Source: Chiloscyllium plagiosum (taxonomy: Eukaryota). Taken from it: 64,000 nucleotides of DNA. Numbering within the stretch: position 1 is the stretch's first letter; the number at the start of each line of letters is the position of its first letter. Made by a program: the position numbers and the translations under genes. Location: assembly GCF_004010195.1 (NCBI RefSeq), contig NC_057750.1, positions 7,651,387 to 7,715,386 of the forward strand, given 5' to 3'. Shown piece by piece: positions 36,125 through 49,604 of the stretch. The notes below the pieces were generated by a model. That model worked only from the letters and a program-made list of their open reading frames with translations, was not told where the DNA came from and made no database searches.

Positions 36125-36869
36125 ACTCAGTTCATCAATCCGCTGTACAACACTCTGCCAACAGGTGGAGCCCAAGGCTGCATTACAAAACCAAAATGGC
36201 CAGTTGAGATTCCAAGAGGGCTATCAGGAACCGGTGCAGGAGAGTGGCCTACATTTATGGATTTGGCAGGGTGCGGGGGTGGGGGAGTGAGAATTCAAAT
36301 TCTGGGTTCAAGAACAAACTGCTAATCAAATCTTTAATCAGTGGCAAGGTGATGGGGAGGGGTTGTTTTAACAGCAAAGACTTAAAAGAGAGAGTTTTAA
36401 AAAAAAATTCACGCATGTGAATGTGGGCATCTCTGGTAGCATTCATTGCCCTCGTTAAGAGCCAATCCCAGTGCTGTGGGTCTGGAGTCACATATAGGCC
36501 AAAATAAATTTTCTCCCAAAGAACAGAGAACGTGCCCAAAGAACAGAGAACGTGCAGCACAGGCCCTTTGGCCCATCCATTTCTGTGCCAACACATGATG
36601 CCTTTCTAAAGTAAAAGCCTTTTGCCCCTGCATGGTCTGTATCCCTCTATTCCATGCCCATTCATGTATCTGTCAAGATGCCTCTCAAACATTGCTACTG
36701 CAGCCACCTCCATGAAGATGTACTCTGGCAGCGCATTCCAGGCACTTAACACCTTCTGTGTGGAAAAAAAAACTGCCTCTCACACCTCCTTTAAACTTAC
36801 CCCCTTTTACCATAACCCTATGTCTCCTATTAATTTCTACCCTGGAAAAAAGACTCCAATTATCCATTG

Positions 36870-37200
36870 GGCATGATGGCTCAGTGGTTAGTACTGCTGC
36901 CTCATGGCACCGGGGATCTGGGTCCAATTCCACCCCTGGGTGACTGTCTTGTGTGGAGTTTGCACATTGTCTGTGTGCGTTTCCTCCCTCAGTCCACCAA
37001 TATGCAGGTTAGGGTGGATTGGACCATGGGGAATTGTCCCATAGTGTACAGGGATGTACAGGTTAGGGTGGATTGGCCTTGGGAAATTGTCCTGTAGCTT
37101 TCAGTAATGTAGAAATAGGGTGGGATGCTCTTCAATGGGTTGGTGTGGACTCGATGGGCTGAATGGCCTGCTGAATGCACACTGCAGGGATTCTATGAAT
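36870..37200 (+). mobile_element. HE1/V-SINE-type SINE
   Basis: Head and V-domain with internal ~45-bp duplication. Confidence 0.75.
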
Positions 37201-37834
37201 CTATTTTTGAAAACTTCTATTAGGTCACCCCTCATCCTTCGACATTTAAGTGAAAACAAACTGAGTTTGTCCAATCTCCCCTCGTAGCTAATAAAATCCA
37301 TACCAGGCAACTTAAACTGTTTCTGCACCCTCTCCAAAGCCTCCACATCCTTTGGTCTTGTGGCAATCAGAACTTTATGCAATATTCCATAAAGGATATT
37401 ACTGATCTCGATGGGTTTTTACATTAATCAATAGTGGTTACTGGGTTGTCATTGGGGCCAACCTATTACTGAATTCAAGTCTCACCAAACCCACGTTCCA
37501 AGGAGGTTAACCTGGGCTTGTCCAGTGACATTACTACTACACCCCCACCCCAATCGTCCAAGTGAATGGCATAAAATGTAGAAAACAAGGCAGAGAAAGC
37601 AAGGTAGACCAAGGCTGAATCATCCAATGGTACAAGCCAGCAGATGCTGGCCTGGCAGAAGGCATTCAGATAGGTCACCTAAATAAAATCACTACAGAAA
37701 GGATGTGTAGGCCATTCTGAGTCTGACTTGCCATGGCAGTCTGGTCATGGTCTTAACAGCACTGTATTGCCTGCTCCCCATAACTTCCGACCCTCTTGTA
37801 CACCAAAATTCTGTGTACTATCATACAGTCACTA

Positions 37835-38142
37835 AAGTGTGGAAGGAGGCCATTCGGCCCAACAAATCCACACTAACCCTCCCATCCAGATCCACACACC
37901 CCCCTCCCCACCCCATCTCCGTAGCACTTCCCATGGCTAACCCACCTAACCTGCACATCCCTGGACACTATGGGGCAATTTAGCAAGGTCAATCCACCCT
38001 AGCCTGCACATCTTTGGATTGTGGGATGAAACTCACGCAGACACTGGGAGAACGTGCAGACCCCACACAGACAGTTGCCTAAGGGTGGAATCAAACCTGG
38101 GTCCCCGATGCTGTGAGGCAGCAGTGCAAACCACTGAGCCAC
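37835..38142 (-). mobile_element. HE1/V-SINE-type SINE
   Basis: Head, V-domain and tail on minus. Confidence 0.75.
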
Positions 38143-38169
38143 TGTACTGTGTGGAATCCAATACAACGT

Positions 38170-38383
38170 TAAAAGAAAAATCACACAACACCAGGTTACA
38201 TTCGAGCAGGTTTATTTGGAAGCACTAGCTTTCAGAGCACTGCTCCTTTATCAGGTGGCTAGCTAATGAAGGAGCGGTGCTGCGAAAGCTAGTACTTCCA
38301 AATAAAGCTGTTGGACAATAACCTGGTGTCGTGTGACCTTCAACTTTGTCCACCCCAGTCCAACACCGGCTCTTCCACATCAT
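38170..38383. mobile_element. Inverted PLE-end element (family C)
   Basis: Head-to-head arms around ~38260 with two decayed hammerhead cores; aatccaata duplicated in the flanks. Confidence 0.65.
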
Positions 38384-38682
38384 AATCCAATATATTCATA
38401 CCATCGAATAAACTGATGATGGAGCTCTCACTACTCTCAGGGAAAAAGAATTTCAAATACAACCATCTCTTCCTCGTCGCCATCTTAATGGGAGATCCCA
38501 TATTTTGAAACTACGCCCCCTAGTTCTAGATTCTTTCATGACGGGGAACATCCTTCCAATCTCTCGCCCATCCACGCCTCTTAGAACCTTCATGATGTGG
38601 GGGAGGCTGGTGTTGGACTGGGGGTGGACAAAGTTAAAAATCACGCGATACCAGGTTATAGTCCAACAGGTTTAATTGGAAG

Positions 38683-38717
38683 CACTAGCTTTCGGAGTGA
38701 CACTCCTTCATCAGGTG
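38683..38717 (-). ncRNA. Minimal type I hammerhead ribozyme motif, intact core (family C)
   Basis: CAC-CUGAUGA-A-GGAGU(GUC)ACUCC-GAAAG-CUA|GUG; palindromic AGCU stem III. Confidence 0.7.
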
Positions 38718-39014
38718 GTTGTGCAATCTTTAAAAGTCATTTAAAAGACATTTGGAGAAGGACATGAACAGGAAAGGTTTGGAGGAATATGGGCAGATGG
38801 GACTGGTTTAGTTTGGGATTATGTTCGGCATGGGCTGTTTGGACCGAAGAGTGTGTTTCAGTGCTGTACGACTCTAAATGCTAAATCACCTCACATTCTT
38901 TCAAACTCCGACATGCATGCGCCCAACCCGCTCAAACTTTCCTCAAGACCTGACCCTTCATCCAGGGAATCAGCTGAGCAAACCATCTCTCAATTGCTTC
39001 CGAAGCAAGTAATC

Positions 39015-39918
39015 CTCCCACAGATACTCAGTTTCCTGACCTACAGGCCACAACCAGTGAAGACTGGGGACAATATTTCATCCTCACTAACTCTCAACAC
39101 TGGAGCCCCCCAGGGGTGCATACTCAGCCCCTTACTGTACTCACTGTATACCCATGACTGCGTTGCCAAATACCAGTCTAACGCCATTTACAAGTTCGCT
39201 GATGACACCACCATAGTCGGTCGAATCTTAGATGGCGACGAAACAGAATACAGATAGGAGGTGGAAGACCTGGAAAAATGGTGCACTGAGAACAACCTAG
39301 CTCTCAGTGCTGGCAAAACCAAGGAACTCATTATTGACTTTCGGCAGGATGTTACTCATGTCCCCCTACACATTAACAGCACAGAGGTGGAACGAGTGGA
39401 GTGTCAAGCTCCTGGGAGTGGTCATTCACAACAAACTTTCCTGGACTCTTCATATGGACGCACTGGTTACAAAGCTGAAAAATGTGTTGCTGGACAAGCG
39501 CAGCAGGTCAGGCAGCGTCAAAGGAGCAGGAGAATCGACATTTCGGGCATAAGCCCATCTTCAGCTCTGATCTCCAGCATCTGCAGTCCTCACTTTCTCC
39601 GCACTGGTTACAAAGGCCCAACATCTCTTCTTCCTCAGGCAGCTGAGGAAATTTGGCATGACAGCGAATACCCTTAACAACTCTTATAGGTACACCATCG
39701 AGAGCATTCTGTCTGGATGTATCACTACCTGGTATGGCAACTGTACTGTTCAAGATTGGAGACGGTTACAGAGTGTGAACAACTCAGCCCAGACAATCAC
39801 AAAGGCCAACCTACCATCTACAGAATCCATCTACCAGGCCCGCTGTCAAAGAAAGGCCGCCAGCATTCTCAAAGATCCATCCCACCCTGGCAACGTTTTT
39901 CTACAACCTCTACCATCA
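39015..39918 (+). mobile_element. Rex1/Babar-type LINE reverse transcriptase fragment
   Basis: LNTGAPQGCILSPLLYSLYTHDC..KFADDTTIVGRI..WCTENNLALSAGKTKELIIDFR; frameshifted and interrupted. Confidence 0.85.
39475..39600. mobile_element. PLE-end fragment nested in a Rex1-type LINE
   Basis: 15-bp TSD gcactggttacaaag (39460-39474, 39601-39615). Confidence 0.8.
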
Positions 39919-41537
39919 GACACAACGTGGAGTTTCACTCAGTGCCTGAATCCACGCAGTACCTCTTCAGTGTTTTTGATGGGACACAGTGAAGGGGGAA
40001 TCCCAGCTGGTGGGAATACTGGACAAACCTGGTTTGCTCTTTATTTATTATGGTGGTCAGTCACTGAGCACACTCACAAGAGGCTACCAATGTACTTTTG
40101 GCAAAAGCGCAACATTAATTACACACAACAGTAAATGAAACATGAACTACACTATTCAAGAATTACATGAAATAACCTTATTCCAAATATCAGAAATAAA
40201 GGTTCAACCCTTTTCCTCTCAGCAAGACTTTACAGATACTCAAGTGTCATTGAACAAATTAAGGTTCCTTGTTCAGTGGATATGGCTGTAACTGGTTTGC
40301 TTTAACAAACTCCTCCAATCACGTAATGCAGTTTCTTTAGTTAACACCTCTTCTGGAGATCCTGAGACTTTTAACACAGCTCACTTATTTCTTACCACAG
40401 CTTCCTGAAACTCCTTTTCCATAGTCATCTGTTTCTAGAGCTTTTCTCCTACTCAGGACTTCTTTACTTCTATCCTTAATTAAATTAACTTTTAAACTCG
40501 GTTCACCCCAGTCCAACACCGTCACCTCCAAATCATTACTTCTATCCTGACTGTTTTGCAGGTTACTACAAACTAACAGAACTTTGGTGGTCTGACTGTA
40601 CTTGCACACATCTCCTCACCTTCTAGATGACTCTGTCTTTGTTTCCCTGCATCTTCTATCACAATGGAAATATGGTGCTGTAAACAGTGAGATTTAAATG
40701 CATTTTTAATATGATTTGTTTTAAGTTTTGGTTACTGACTTATGAGTTGTGTGTGTTTGAAGTTAATTAAACCAAATGTTTTAATAACCAGCACCTATGG
40801 GACCAGGAGTACACTGGTTGATCAAAAGGTCTGCTAATCAATGTAAAAAACACACTAAGTAATGGAAACATTATAGAGAGGGTATACACATTGCTGTTAG
40901 ACTTTATTTAAAGCATAAATCACTTAATTAATAATGCAACTTTACCTTAAATAAAAGTTACCAACAGAAAGCCTTCTCATGTTCACCCTCAACTGACCAC
41001 GCAGAGATTGCGATAAAACAGTAAACCTCCAGTACTTTGAGTATATATTGTTTGCCAGTTTATCGAGATTGTCAGTTCAAACAAGGTTTACTGGATTAAC
41101 TTGTAAGTAGATCTGTAGTCATGTTGATTTACTTTAAAGTCGTTTGAAATCCACTTTGGGAGCACTGATTGGCTTTTGCTGACCTTAGGATGGTTTATGA
41201 CTTAGCAAGGTAAATTGCATTGCTTTTAAATTTGTTAGATATTTCTAGATTTAGGGTTTTTTTTTAAAGCTTAGGGGAAACATTCAGTTCAGAGGGAGAT
41301 ACTTTCTTTAAAATTTACTTTGCCTTGGAGGGTGTTGTTTATATAGAGTGGTGCTCCTGAGAAGAGGGGATTATCATAAAACAAGATTTTGTTAGGGTAA
41401 GGAAATGGTGATAGCCCCTGAACAGAAGTGTTGGGAATAAAGCCTTGAAGCTGAATAAATTCAGGTGTACATTAGATCACAGAAGGAGCTATTAGCATGC
41501 CCAATCTAGGAGTTAAAATCATTACCAAGATGTTAAT

Positions 41538-41853
41538 AGAATAGAATCCCTACAGTGTGGAAACAGGCTCTTTGGCCCAACATGTCCATACTGACCCTCT
41601 GAAGAGGAACTCATCCAGATCCATTCCTCTCCCCTGTTACTCTACATTTATCCCTGACTAATGCACCTACACATCCCTGAACACCATGGGCAATTCAGCA
41701 CGGCCACTTCACCCTAACTTGCACATCTTTGGACTGTGGGAGGAAACCGGAGCATCCCTGAGAAAACCCACACAGACACAGGGAGAACGTGCAAACTCCA
41801 CACAGACAGTCACCTATGGGTGGAATCGAACCTGGGTCCCTGGCGCTGTGAGC
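41538..41853 (-). mobile_element. HE1/V-SINE-type SINE
   Basis: V-domain and tail on minus. Confidence 0.78.
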
Positions 41854-42668
41854 TACTGTGATTTAGTTTTTCTTCTGGTGAGTGTACTGTACAAATGGTG
41901 TTTTTTTGGTAATTGTAAGGAAATGTTTTGGGATTAATAGGATTATACTTAAAAAATCTTGTAGGTAATTCTAATTTATCTTTTTTTGGATTATAAACTT
42001 TCATTTAATTGCTGAAACAGAATCTGTAACATTGCATAAGTTTGTTCCAGTGAGAGACCACCTCATTAAAACTAACTCAAAACATGATTTGTCCAGCTGG
42101 ATTTCCCAGACTGGGATCTGAGCGGTTGAGGAATAATTATATTACCTAGGATTATGGCAATAGATTTTTCATCTTCTCTACTCGTTACTCAATGCACAGA
42201 ACTATTGACCTCATAGGTCGTAAAGGCTACGTCACAACAAATTCTCACACAACATGGTACCACATTCAAAACTCAAAAATGAAAGTAAAACTGCTCTTCC
42301 CTCCATACCACAGAGGATAGAAATAAATCAAATATGTAGTCCTGTTCACTTCAGAACCAAAGTTTCCAAATAATGGTAACAATGAACTTTGTTCTCCAAA
42401 ACACAAGCTGCCAGAGGAAGTGGTAGAGGCTGGTACAATTACAACAGCTAAAGGGCACCTGGATGGGTAGATGAATAGGAAGGGTTGAGAGGGATATGGG
42501 CCAAATGCCAGCAAATGGATGAGATTTATTTAGGACATGTGGTCAGCATGGAGGAGTAGGACCGAAGGGTCTGTTTCTGTGCTGTACATCTCTATGTTCA
42601 GGATTTCCAACTCTTTCCCCTTCAACTGTTTGAACTTCTGTAGAAAGAAAGCTACATTACAGAAAAAC

Positions 42669-43050
42669 GTGCTGTCCCTGTCCTGGGAGTGTTTGATGGG
42701 GAACAGTGTATAGGGAGCTTTACTCTGCATCTAACCCTGTGCTGTCCCTCTCTTGGGAGTGTTTGATGGGGGGACAGTGTAGATGGAGCTTTACCCTGTA
42801 TCTAACCCCGTGCTGTCATTGTCCTGGGAGTGTTTGATGGGGACAGTGTAGAGGGAGCTTTACCCTGTATCTAACCCCGTGCTGGCCCTGTCCTGGGAGT
42901 TTTAGATGGGGGACAGTGCAGAGGGAGCTTTACTCTGTATCTAACCCTGTGCTATCCCTTTCCTGGGTGTTTTATCAGGGACAGTGTAGAGAGAGCTTTA
43001 CTTTCGGTTTAGAAAGCAGCAGCAGCTTTACTCTGTCTCTAAACCTAGGT
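42669..43050 (-). repeat. ~69-bp minisatellite, ~5 copies, reverse orientation
   Basis: Reverse complement of the same unit. Confidence 0.9.
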
Positions 43051-43345
43051 CATGCATGCTGTGTTCTGGTGAAAGGGAGTGCCATTTGTGTGGAAGGAAA
43101 CTATCAGAGGGATGATGCCAGCGTTGTTGAATAGCCAGCTGAGACACTTGCTTAGATTAGATTAGATTAGATTACTTGCAGTGTGGAAACAGGCCCCTTG
43201 GCCCAACAAGTCCACACCGACCCTCCGAAGAGCAACCCACCCAGACCCATTCCCCTACATTCACCCTGTCACACTACGGGCAATTTAGCACGGCCAATTC
43301 ACCTAACCTGCACATCCAGAAACCCAGCGCAGTTGGACAGCTTCA

Positions 43346-43534
<189 letters not shown>

Positions 43535-45159
43535 TTAAAAAGACAAAGGAGGAAATCAACGTGAATTCTCTAAGACAAGTGCAGAGCAGCTTTGCAGACT
43601 ATTCCAGGACAGAATACCTCCCTGCGGACCCCCAGAGGGCAGAACTCTGCAAACTACCTTCACTGTGATTAGGAATGCACCTATTCCATTTTGAATATCC
43701 TCTGCTCCAGCCTGTTCCCACACTGTAGGAAATCTTTGACAACAAACCGCACAGAATATTCAAGACGTGGTCTCGCCCTGCATAACATGCTTGGATTTAT
43801 CTTCAACTCCTCTCATAATGAAGGACAACATCCCACGATGTTCTTGCACAGAAACCTTTCATAATCTGGGCACCAGAACACTTAAATCCCTTTGCACCTC
43901 AGAATTCTACAGTCATTCTCCATTTAAAGTAGTACTCTACTTTGTTCTTCCTGATGAAATGAAAAACTTCACATTTTCCCACACTGTATCCCTGCTCGCT
44001 CACTCAGCCTCTCGTATTGGTCAGTAATGTCCATATGATTTCTTCACAACATTTTTTCCTATCTCTCTTGGTGCCATCTGTGCATTTGGCTGCTATGCCC
44101 TTCACTGCCCTCTTCCAAGTCATTGACGTCAATTGTAAAATTCCAATGTTACAGCACAGATCCCTCAGGGCTTGCAAATATATATTACCCCCTACACCAT
44201 GTGCTTTGATATTTGGATCAGCCTTCGCTGGGTTAGCATATTGAACACCTTCTGAAAATTCAAGTGTACCATGGCAACAGACTCCCCTTTATTCATAGCC
44301 TCTGCTCCTCATTCAAATAAATCAATTAAATTGGTTAAGCCCGATCCCCCTCCAGCAAAACCATATGTGGACTCTTCCAACATCTCCAAACAAAGTACAC
44401 ATCTAACACCTTCCACATGAGCAGATGTCAATGAGTAGATGACTCATGTTTGCTTCTTCCCAGTCCGATGAGAGCATTCCCTGAATCGGGGGAATTTTGG
44501 AAAACTAACACCATCTATTACCTCACTTCTTTTTCTCCAAAACCCCTCAGATGAAGTCCACTAAGACCCAGACGCTTATCAATCCAGCTACATCTGGTTT
44601 GGTTAGCACCACTTCCCTTGTAAATTTTACTCAGTTCCCCTCTCTCTTTCAACTCTTGATTTATAGCCATTTCTAGCATTCTTCTGTATTCTCAAGAATG
44701 AAGGCGGAAGCAAACAAGTTGATTATTCATCCACCTACTTCCTTATTAACTCCCTATAATCACTCTCTCGTAGACTAACATGGAGTTTCTCTTTTCCTTT
44801 TCAAATGCCTTGCTATCCATTTACACTCCTAGCGAATGTCTTTGAATCTAACTCTTCCTGCCTAATTAACTTTGGTCACTCCACGCTGTTCTTTGTATCC
44901 AAACCAATCATTGATCTGACTTGATTTATTATTATCACATCTACTGGGGCACAGTGAAAAGAGGAAAGATGAAACCCAACTTGGTCCAAGTGGATGAGAA
45001 GCACTGAAGGAGAATACAGCAGACGTACATGGAAGGTACGTTGGGAAAAGTGTAGGCTCCATTAGGAACCATAGAGATGATGTGTGCCCTCAATGAGTAC
45101 TTTGCGTCAGTCTTCACAATGGAAAAGGATGGCGTTGGTATAGACATCAGGGTGCAGAA

Positions 45160-45543
45160 CAGAGTGTGGTGAACTCGGACAATCACAAAGGCCAACCTCC
45201 CATCTATAGAATCCATCTACCAGGCCCAAGGAAAGGCCACCTGCATTCTCAAACATCCATCCCACCCTGGCAATGTTTTTCTACAACCTCTACCATTGAG
45301 GAGAAGGTACAGAAGCCTGAACACACACACCAGCCGGTTTTGTAACAGTTTCCATCTTACTGTTGCTAGATTACTGAATGGACTCACAAAATCTTAACAT
45401 TCCCCTGTACCTGTGTTTTTGTTTTTGCCTCTGTTTCCCTATTATTTACTATGTATGCTACTTAACTGTGTGGTTTGCCTGTATTGCTCGCAAGACAAAG
45501 CCTTTCACTGTGCCTCGGTACACGTGACAATAAATTCAATTCA
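45160..45543 (+). mobile_element. Rex1-type LINE 3' fragment
   Basis: Near-identical to 39770-39917, continues to an aataaattcaattca tail. Confidence 0.75.
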
Positions 45544-45932
45544 GGACTGTGAAAGAGGAGAAGAAGTTAACAAAGAGAGAGGCTATACTGACAACTCCCC
45601 AGGCCTGGATGAGATATCTCCCTGGCTGACGAGGGAGGGGAGATCAGGGTCATTAAATGGCGAGCCATAGCTTTAAAGTAAGGAGGAGGCTAAGAGGAGA
45701 GTTCAGACTTTATTTTTTACTCAAGGTGGTTGGAGTCACTGCCAAAAAGGTGCTTTGCAAGGGTCATAACCTTGCATAACATTTGGGCAGCACAGAGTTG
45801 GAAAATGGGAACAGTATCGTCAGACCTTTGTCAATTTGTGCAGGCAAGATGGGCTGAATGGCCTCTTTCTGCGCTGTAAGGTCCATGAGGAAAAAAAGTG
45901 TTGTCCTGGTATTATACAGGCAGGTTGTATGT

Positions 45933-46200
45933 GGGTGGCACAGTGGCTCAGTGGTTAGCACTGCTACCTCACAGTGCCAGGGACCCGGGTTCGATACCAG
46001 CCTCAGGCAACTGTGTGGAGTTTGCACATTCGCCCAGTGTCTGCAGGAGATTCCTCTGAGTGCTCCGGTTTCCCCCCACAGTCCGAAGATGTACAAGCTG
46101 GGTTGGATTGGCCATGGCTACAGGAATGGGGCTGAGTAGGATGCTCTTTGGAGGGTTGGCATGGATTCAATGGGCCAAATGGCTGGATTCCACACTACAA
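45933..46200 (+). mobile_element. HE1/V-SINE-type SINE
   Basis: A and B boxes, V-domain. Confidence 0.78.
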
Positions 46201-46477
46201 GCATCGATTTCTTCTTGAAAACTTTATCCTACATTGTGGCTATTTTAACACATGCAAGTGAGTCCCTTGTCTGAGTCTTGACACTGCCTGTAGGTGTTTG
46301 CACTTTCCTCTAATCAGGCCAATGTTGTCCTGGGACCAGAAGACTGTTGACCAAGTCAGTAACTCTTCCACACACCCAGACTGGATACTGTGGGCCAGAC
46401 AATCATGCAACTGGATGCCATACTGGGTTAGTTAACTGGGAACGTGTTACCAAAGTTACATCTTTTGACATGCTAGA

Positions 46478-47290
46478 CAGAGTCATAGAGATATACAGCA
46501 CGGAAACAGACCCTTTGGTCAAACCCGTCCATGCTGACCAGATATCCCAACCCAATCTAGTCCCACCTGCCAGCACCCAGCCCATATCCCTCCAAACCCT
46601 TCCTAATCATATACCCATCCTAATGCCTTTTAAATGCTGTAATTGTACCAGCCTCTACCACTTCCTCTGGCAGCTCATTCCATACCCGTACCACCCTCTG
46701 TGTGAAAAAGCTGCCCCTTAGGTCTCTTTTATATCTTTCCCCTCTCACCCTAAACCTATGCCCTCTAGTTCTGGACTCCACCACCCAAGGGAAGAGACTT
46801 TGTCTATTTACCCTATCCATGCCCCTCATGATTTTGTAAACCTCTATAAGGTCTCCAACGCTCCAGGGAAAACAGCCCCAGCCTATTCAGCCTCTCCCTA
46901 TAGCTCAAACCCTCCAAACCTGACAACTTCCTTGTAAATCTTTTCTGAACCCTTTCAAGTTTAACATCCTTCCTATGGTGAGGAGACCAGAACTGAATGC
47001 AGTATTCTAAAAGTTGTCTAAACAAGGTCCTGAACAGCTGCAACATGACCTCCTAAGACCCATACTCAATGCAATGACCAATAAAGTCATTTCTTTACTG
47101 TCCTACCTACCTGCACGACTCTACCTTCAAGGAATGATGAACCTGCACTCCAAGGTCTCTTTGTCCTGCAACACTCCCCTGGACCTTACCATTAAGTGTG
47201 TAAGTCCTGACTTGATGTGCCTTTCCAAAATGCAGCACCAAATGCAGCTTATCTAAATTACACTCCATCTGTCATTCCTAGGCCCATCTA
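46478..47290 (-). mobile_element. CR1-type LINE 3' fragment
   Basis: LERVQKRFTRKLSG..FFTQRVVRVWNELPEEVV; standard tail. Confidence 0.85.
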
Positions 47291-47624
47291 TTCTGGGTAA
47301 ATAATGTTGCAAACAGATTTAGTCCAAGTGTGTGAAATCTTACTTTGCCCGGTGCCTGTAAGGTTAGACTGGCTTCCCTGGGATCTTCCTATTCCTCTGC
47401 TGTTTGACCATCTTTCTCCAAGAAACATTTAGGAGACCCATAACTACTCCCACTGGTAATTTGTTGTTCCTACTATTCCTCATCTGCACCCAAACTAATA
47501 AAAGCATTCTACATGGGGCACCCAGTCAAGAGTATGTTTTAAGGAACAAGCATCAAAAAAAAAAGGAAAGAAAGGGTACTGAAGGTTTTTTTTGAAGGGG
47601 TGAGGGAGATAATAGTTGAAACTT

Positions 47625-47970
47625 TATTGCTGGAACAGCACAGCAGGTCAGGCAGCATCCAGGGAACAGGAGATTCGACGTTTCGGGCACAGGCCCTTCT
47701 TCAGGAATGAGCAGAGAGTGTTCAGCAGGAGAAGATAAAAGGTAGGGAGGAGGGACTTGGAGGAGGGGCGTTGGAAATGTGATAGGTGGAAAGAGGTCAA
47801 GGTGAGGGTGATAGGTCGGAGTAGGATGGAGGCGGAGAGGTCAACAAGAAGACTGCAGGTCAGGAAGGCGACGTGGTCGACGGTGCCCTCCACCGCATCT
47901 CCTCCACTTCCAACTCCCCTCCTCCAAGTCCCTCCTCCCTACCTTTTATCTTCTCCTGCTGAACACTCTC
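47625..47970 (-). mobile_element. PLE terminal fragment with short inverted segment, containing the intact hammerhead
   Basis: Family A end sequence; 47712-47775 is inverted at ~47905-47968. Confidence 0.7.
47673..47708 (-). ncRNA. Minimal type I hammerhead ribozyme motif, intact core (PLE end family A)
   Basis: AUUC-CUGAAGA-A-GGGC(CUGU)GCCC-GAAAC-GUC|GAAU: stem I 4 bp, stem II 4 bp, palindromic ACGU stem III. Confidence 0.75.
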
Positions 47971-48432
47971 TCCCCATCAAACACTCCCAGGACAGGGACA
48001 GCACAGGCTTAGATACAGAGTAAAGTTCCCTCTACACTGTCCCCATCAAACACTCCCAGGACAGGGACAGCACAGGGTTAGATACAGAGTAAAGCTTCCT
48101 CTACACTGTCCCCATCAAACACTCCCAGGACAGGGACAGCACAGGGTTAGATACAGAGTAAAGCTTCCTCTACACTGTCCCCATCAAACACTCCCAGGAC
48201 AGGGACAGCACAGGGTTAGATACAGAGTAAAGCTTCCTCTACACTGTCCCCATCAAACACTCCCAGGACAGGGACAGCACAGGGTTAGATACAGAGTAAA
48301 GCTTCCTCTACACTGTCCCCATCAAACACTCCCAGGACAGGGACAGCACAGGGTTAGATACAGAGTAAAGCTTCCTCTACACTGTCCCCATCAAACACTC
48401 CCAGGACAGGGACAGCACAGGGTTAGATACAG
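47971..48432 (+). repeat. 69-bp minisatellite, ~6.5 nearly identical copies
   Basis: Period 69 (48032 to 48101). Confidence 0.95.
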
Positions 48433-48764
48433 TAGAGTTCAAAAGAACTTTCTGACTAAAATGTCACTCTTAGCTGCCATAAGAAGATGATGGAGGAACA
48501 TTTCCATTGCTACTTGCAGCACCATGACATGCACAAGCCACAGCCAGCTCTCCCCTCCAGTGTGATTGGATTCATCTCCAGCACGTCAAGAGGTTCAGGC
48601 TCTGCTTAGACATTGCCGGAGATCAGTTCCTCTTACTCCCTTGAGTGATGAGAGAGAGAGCGCGAGAGAGAGAGCGTGCACGAGAGAGCGCGCGCAAGCA
48701 ACCTCGAGGTAACATTGTTGATGGCAATGGGATGGGCAGCACGGTGGCTCAGTGGTTAGCACTG

Positions 48765-49040
48765 ATGAAGATGGGGGTGATGGTGATAGGGTGGAGTGGA
48801 TAGGTGGGAAGGAAGATGGACAGGTAAGACTGTTCAAGAGGGCAGTGCTGAGTTGGACAGTTGGATCTTGGATGAGGTGGGTGGTGGGAAAATGAGGCAA
48901 CAGGTGAAATCGACATTGATCCTGTATGGTTGGAGCATCTCAAGGTGGAAGATGAGGCATTCTCCCTCCAGTTATAGAGTAGCTAGGATTTGGCGGTGGA
49001 TGCGGCCCAGGATTTGCAAGTCCTTGGAGGAGTGGGAGTG
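48765..49040 (-). mobile_element. Penelope-like element fragment (GIY-YIG C-terminus)
   Basis: SHSSKDLQILGRIHRQILATL*LEGECLIFHLEMLQPYRINVDF; homologous to 60080-60220; abuts a SINE head at 48733-48764. Confidence 0.7.
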
Positions 49041-49604
49041 ATGTTCTACAAGGAACAAGGGAGGGTTGTGTTTTGGCCAGCACTGAATTGCTCAACAAAC
49101 AAAAAGAAATTTATAACATTGCTCTGAGTGGAGGGAGCGGTGTGTCAAAACAAAAAAATTGGCTGCTGCATTTTCTGCATAACCACAGCAACTCTGCATC
49201 AGAATGGGCTGTGTTGGTGCAAAGCCTTTCAGAGGTTGCAAAAGCTGCTACATAAATGCAAGTTTCTGACTTGCCACTTCATAAAGATATTTTTTGAAAA
49301 ATAAATCTTTGTGATGAATTCCTGAGCAACGCCATGACCACAACAGGTGGAAGATAGCTGAGCATTCTTGTCTTGAAAAGTGTAAAATATAAACTTTTCG
49401 TCATCACTGATCCCAGTCAGTCCAGTATTCTTTGAAGCAATGATATTGGACAGCAAGATATCGGCGCGTTTTGGAACTCAAAAGGGCTTTAGCTCGAATT
49501 CCGCTTCAATCCCTACTCCTCTCCATCACCTACTCCCAGTTTTACTCCAGCATAGCCCACAATACTGCTTTCACCACACAGTTAAAATAGCCCAGACTGG
49601 GAGA

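Noticed and set aside
38853..40134. RT-like ORFs as a functional reverse transcriptase
   Set aside because: Truncated, frameshifted and interrupted Rex1-type relic.
40780..41100. Possible Tigger-like relic in the AT-rich region
   Set aside because: Only one end resembles a TIR; no matching pair could be established.
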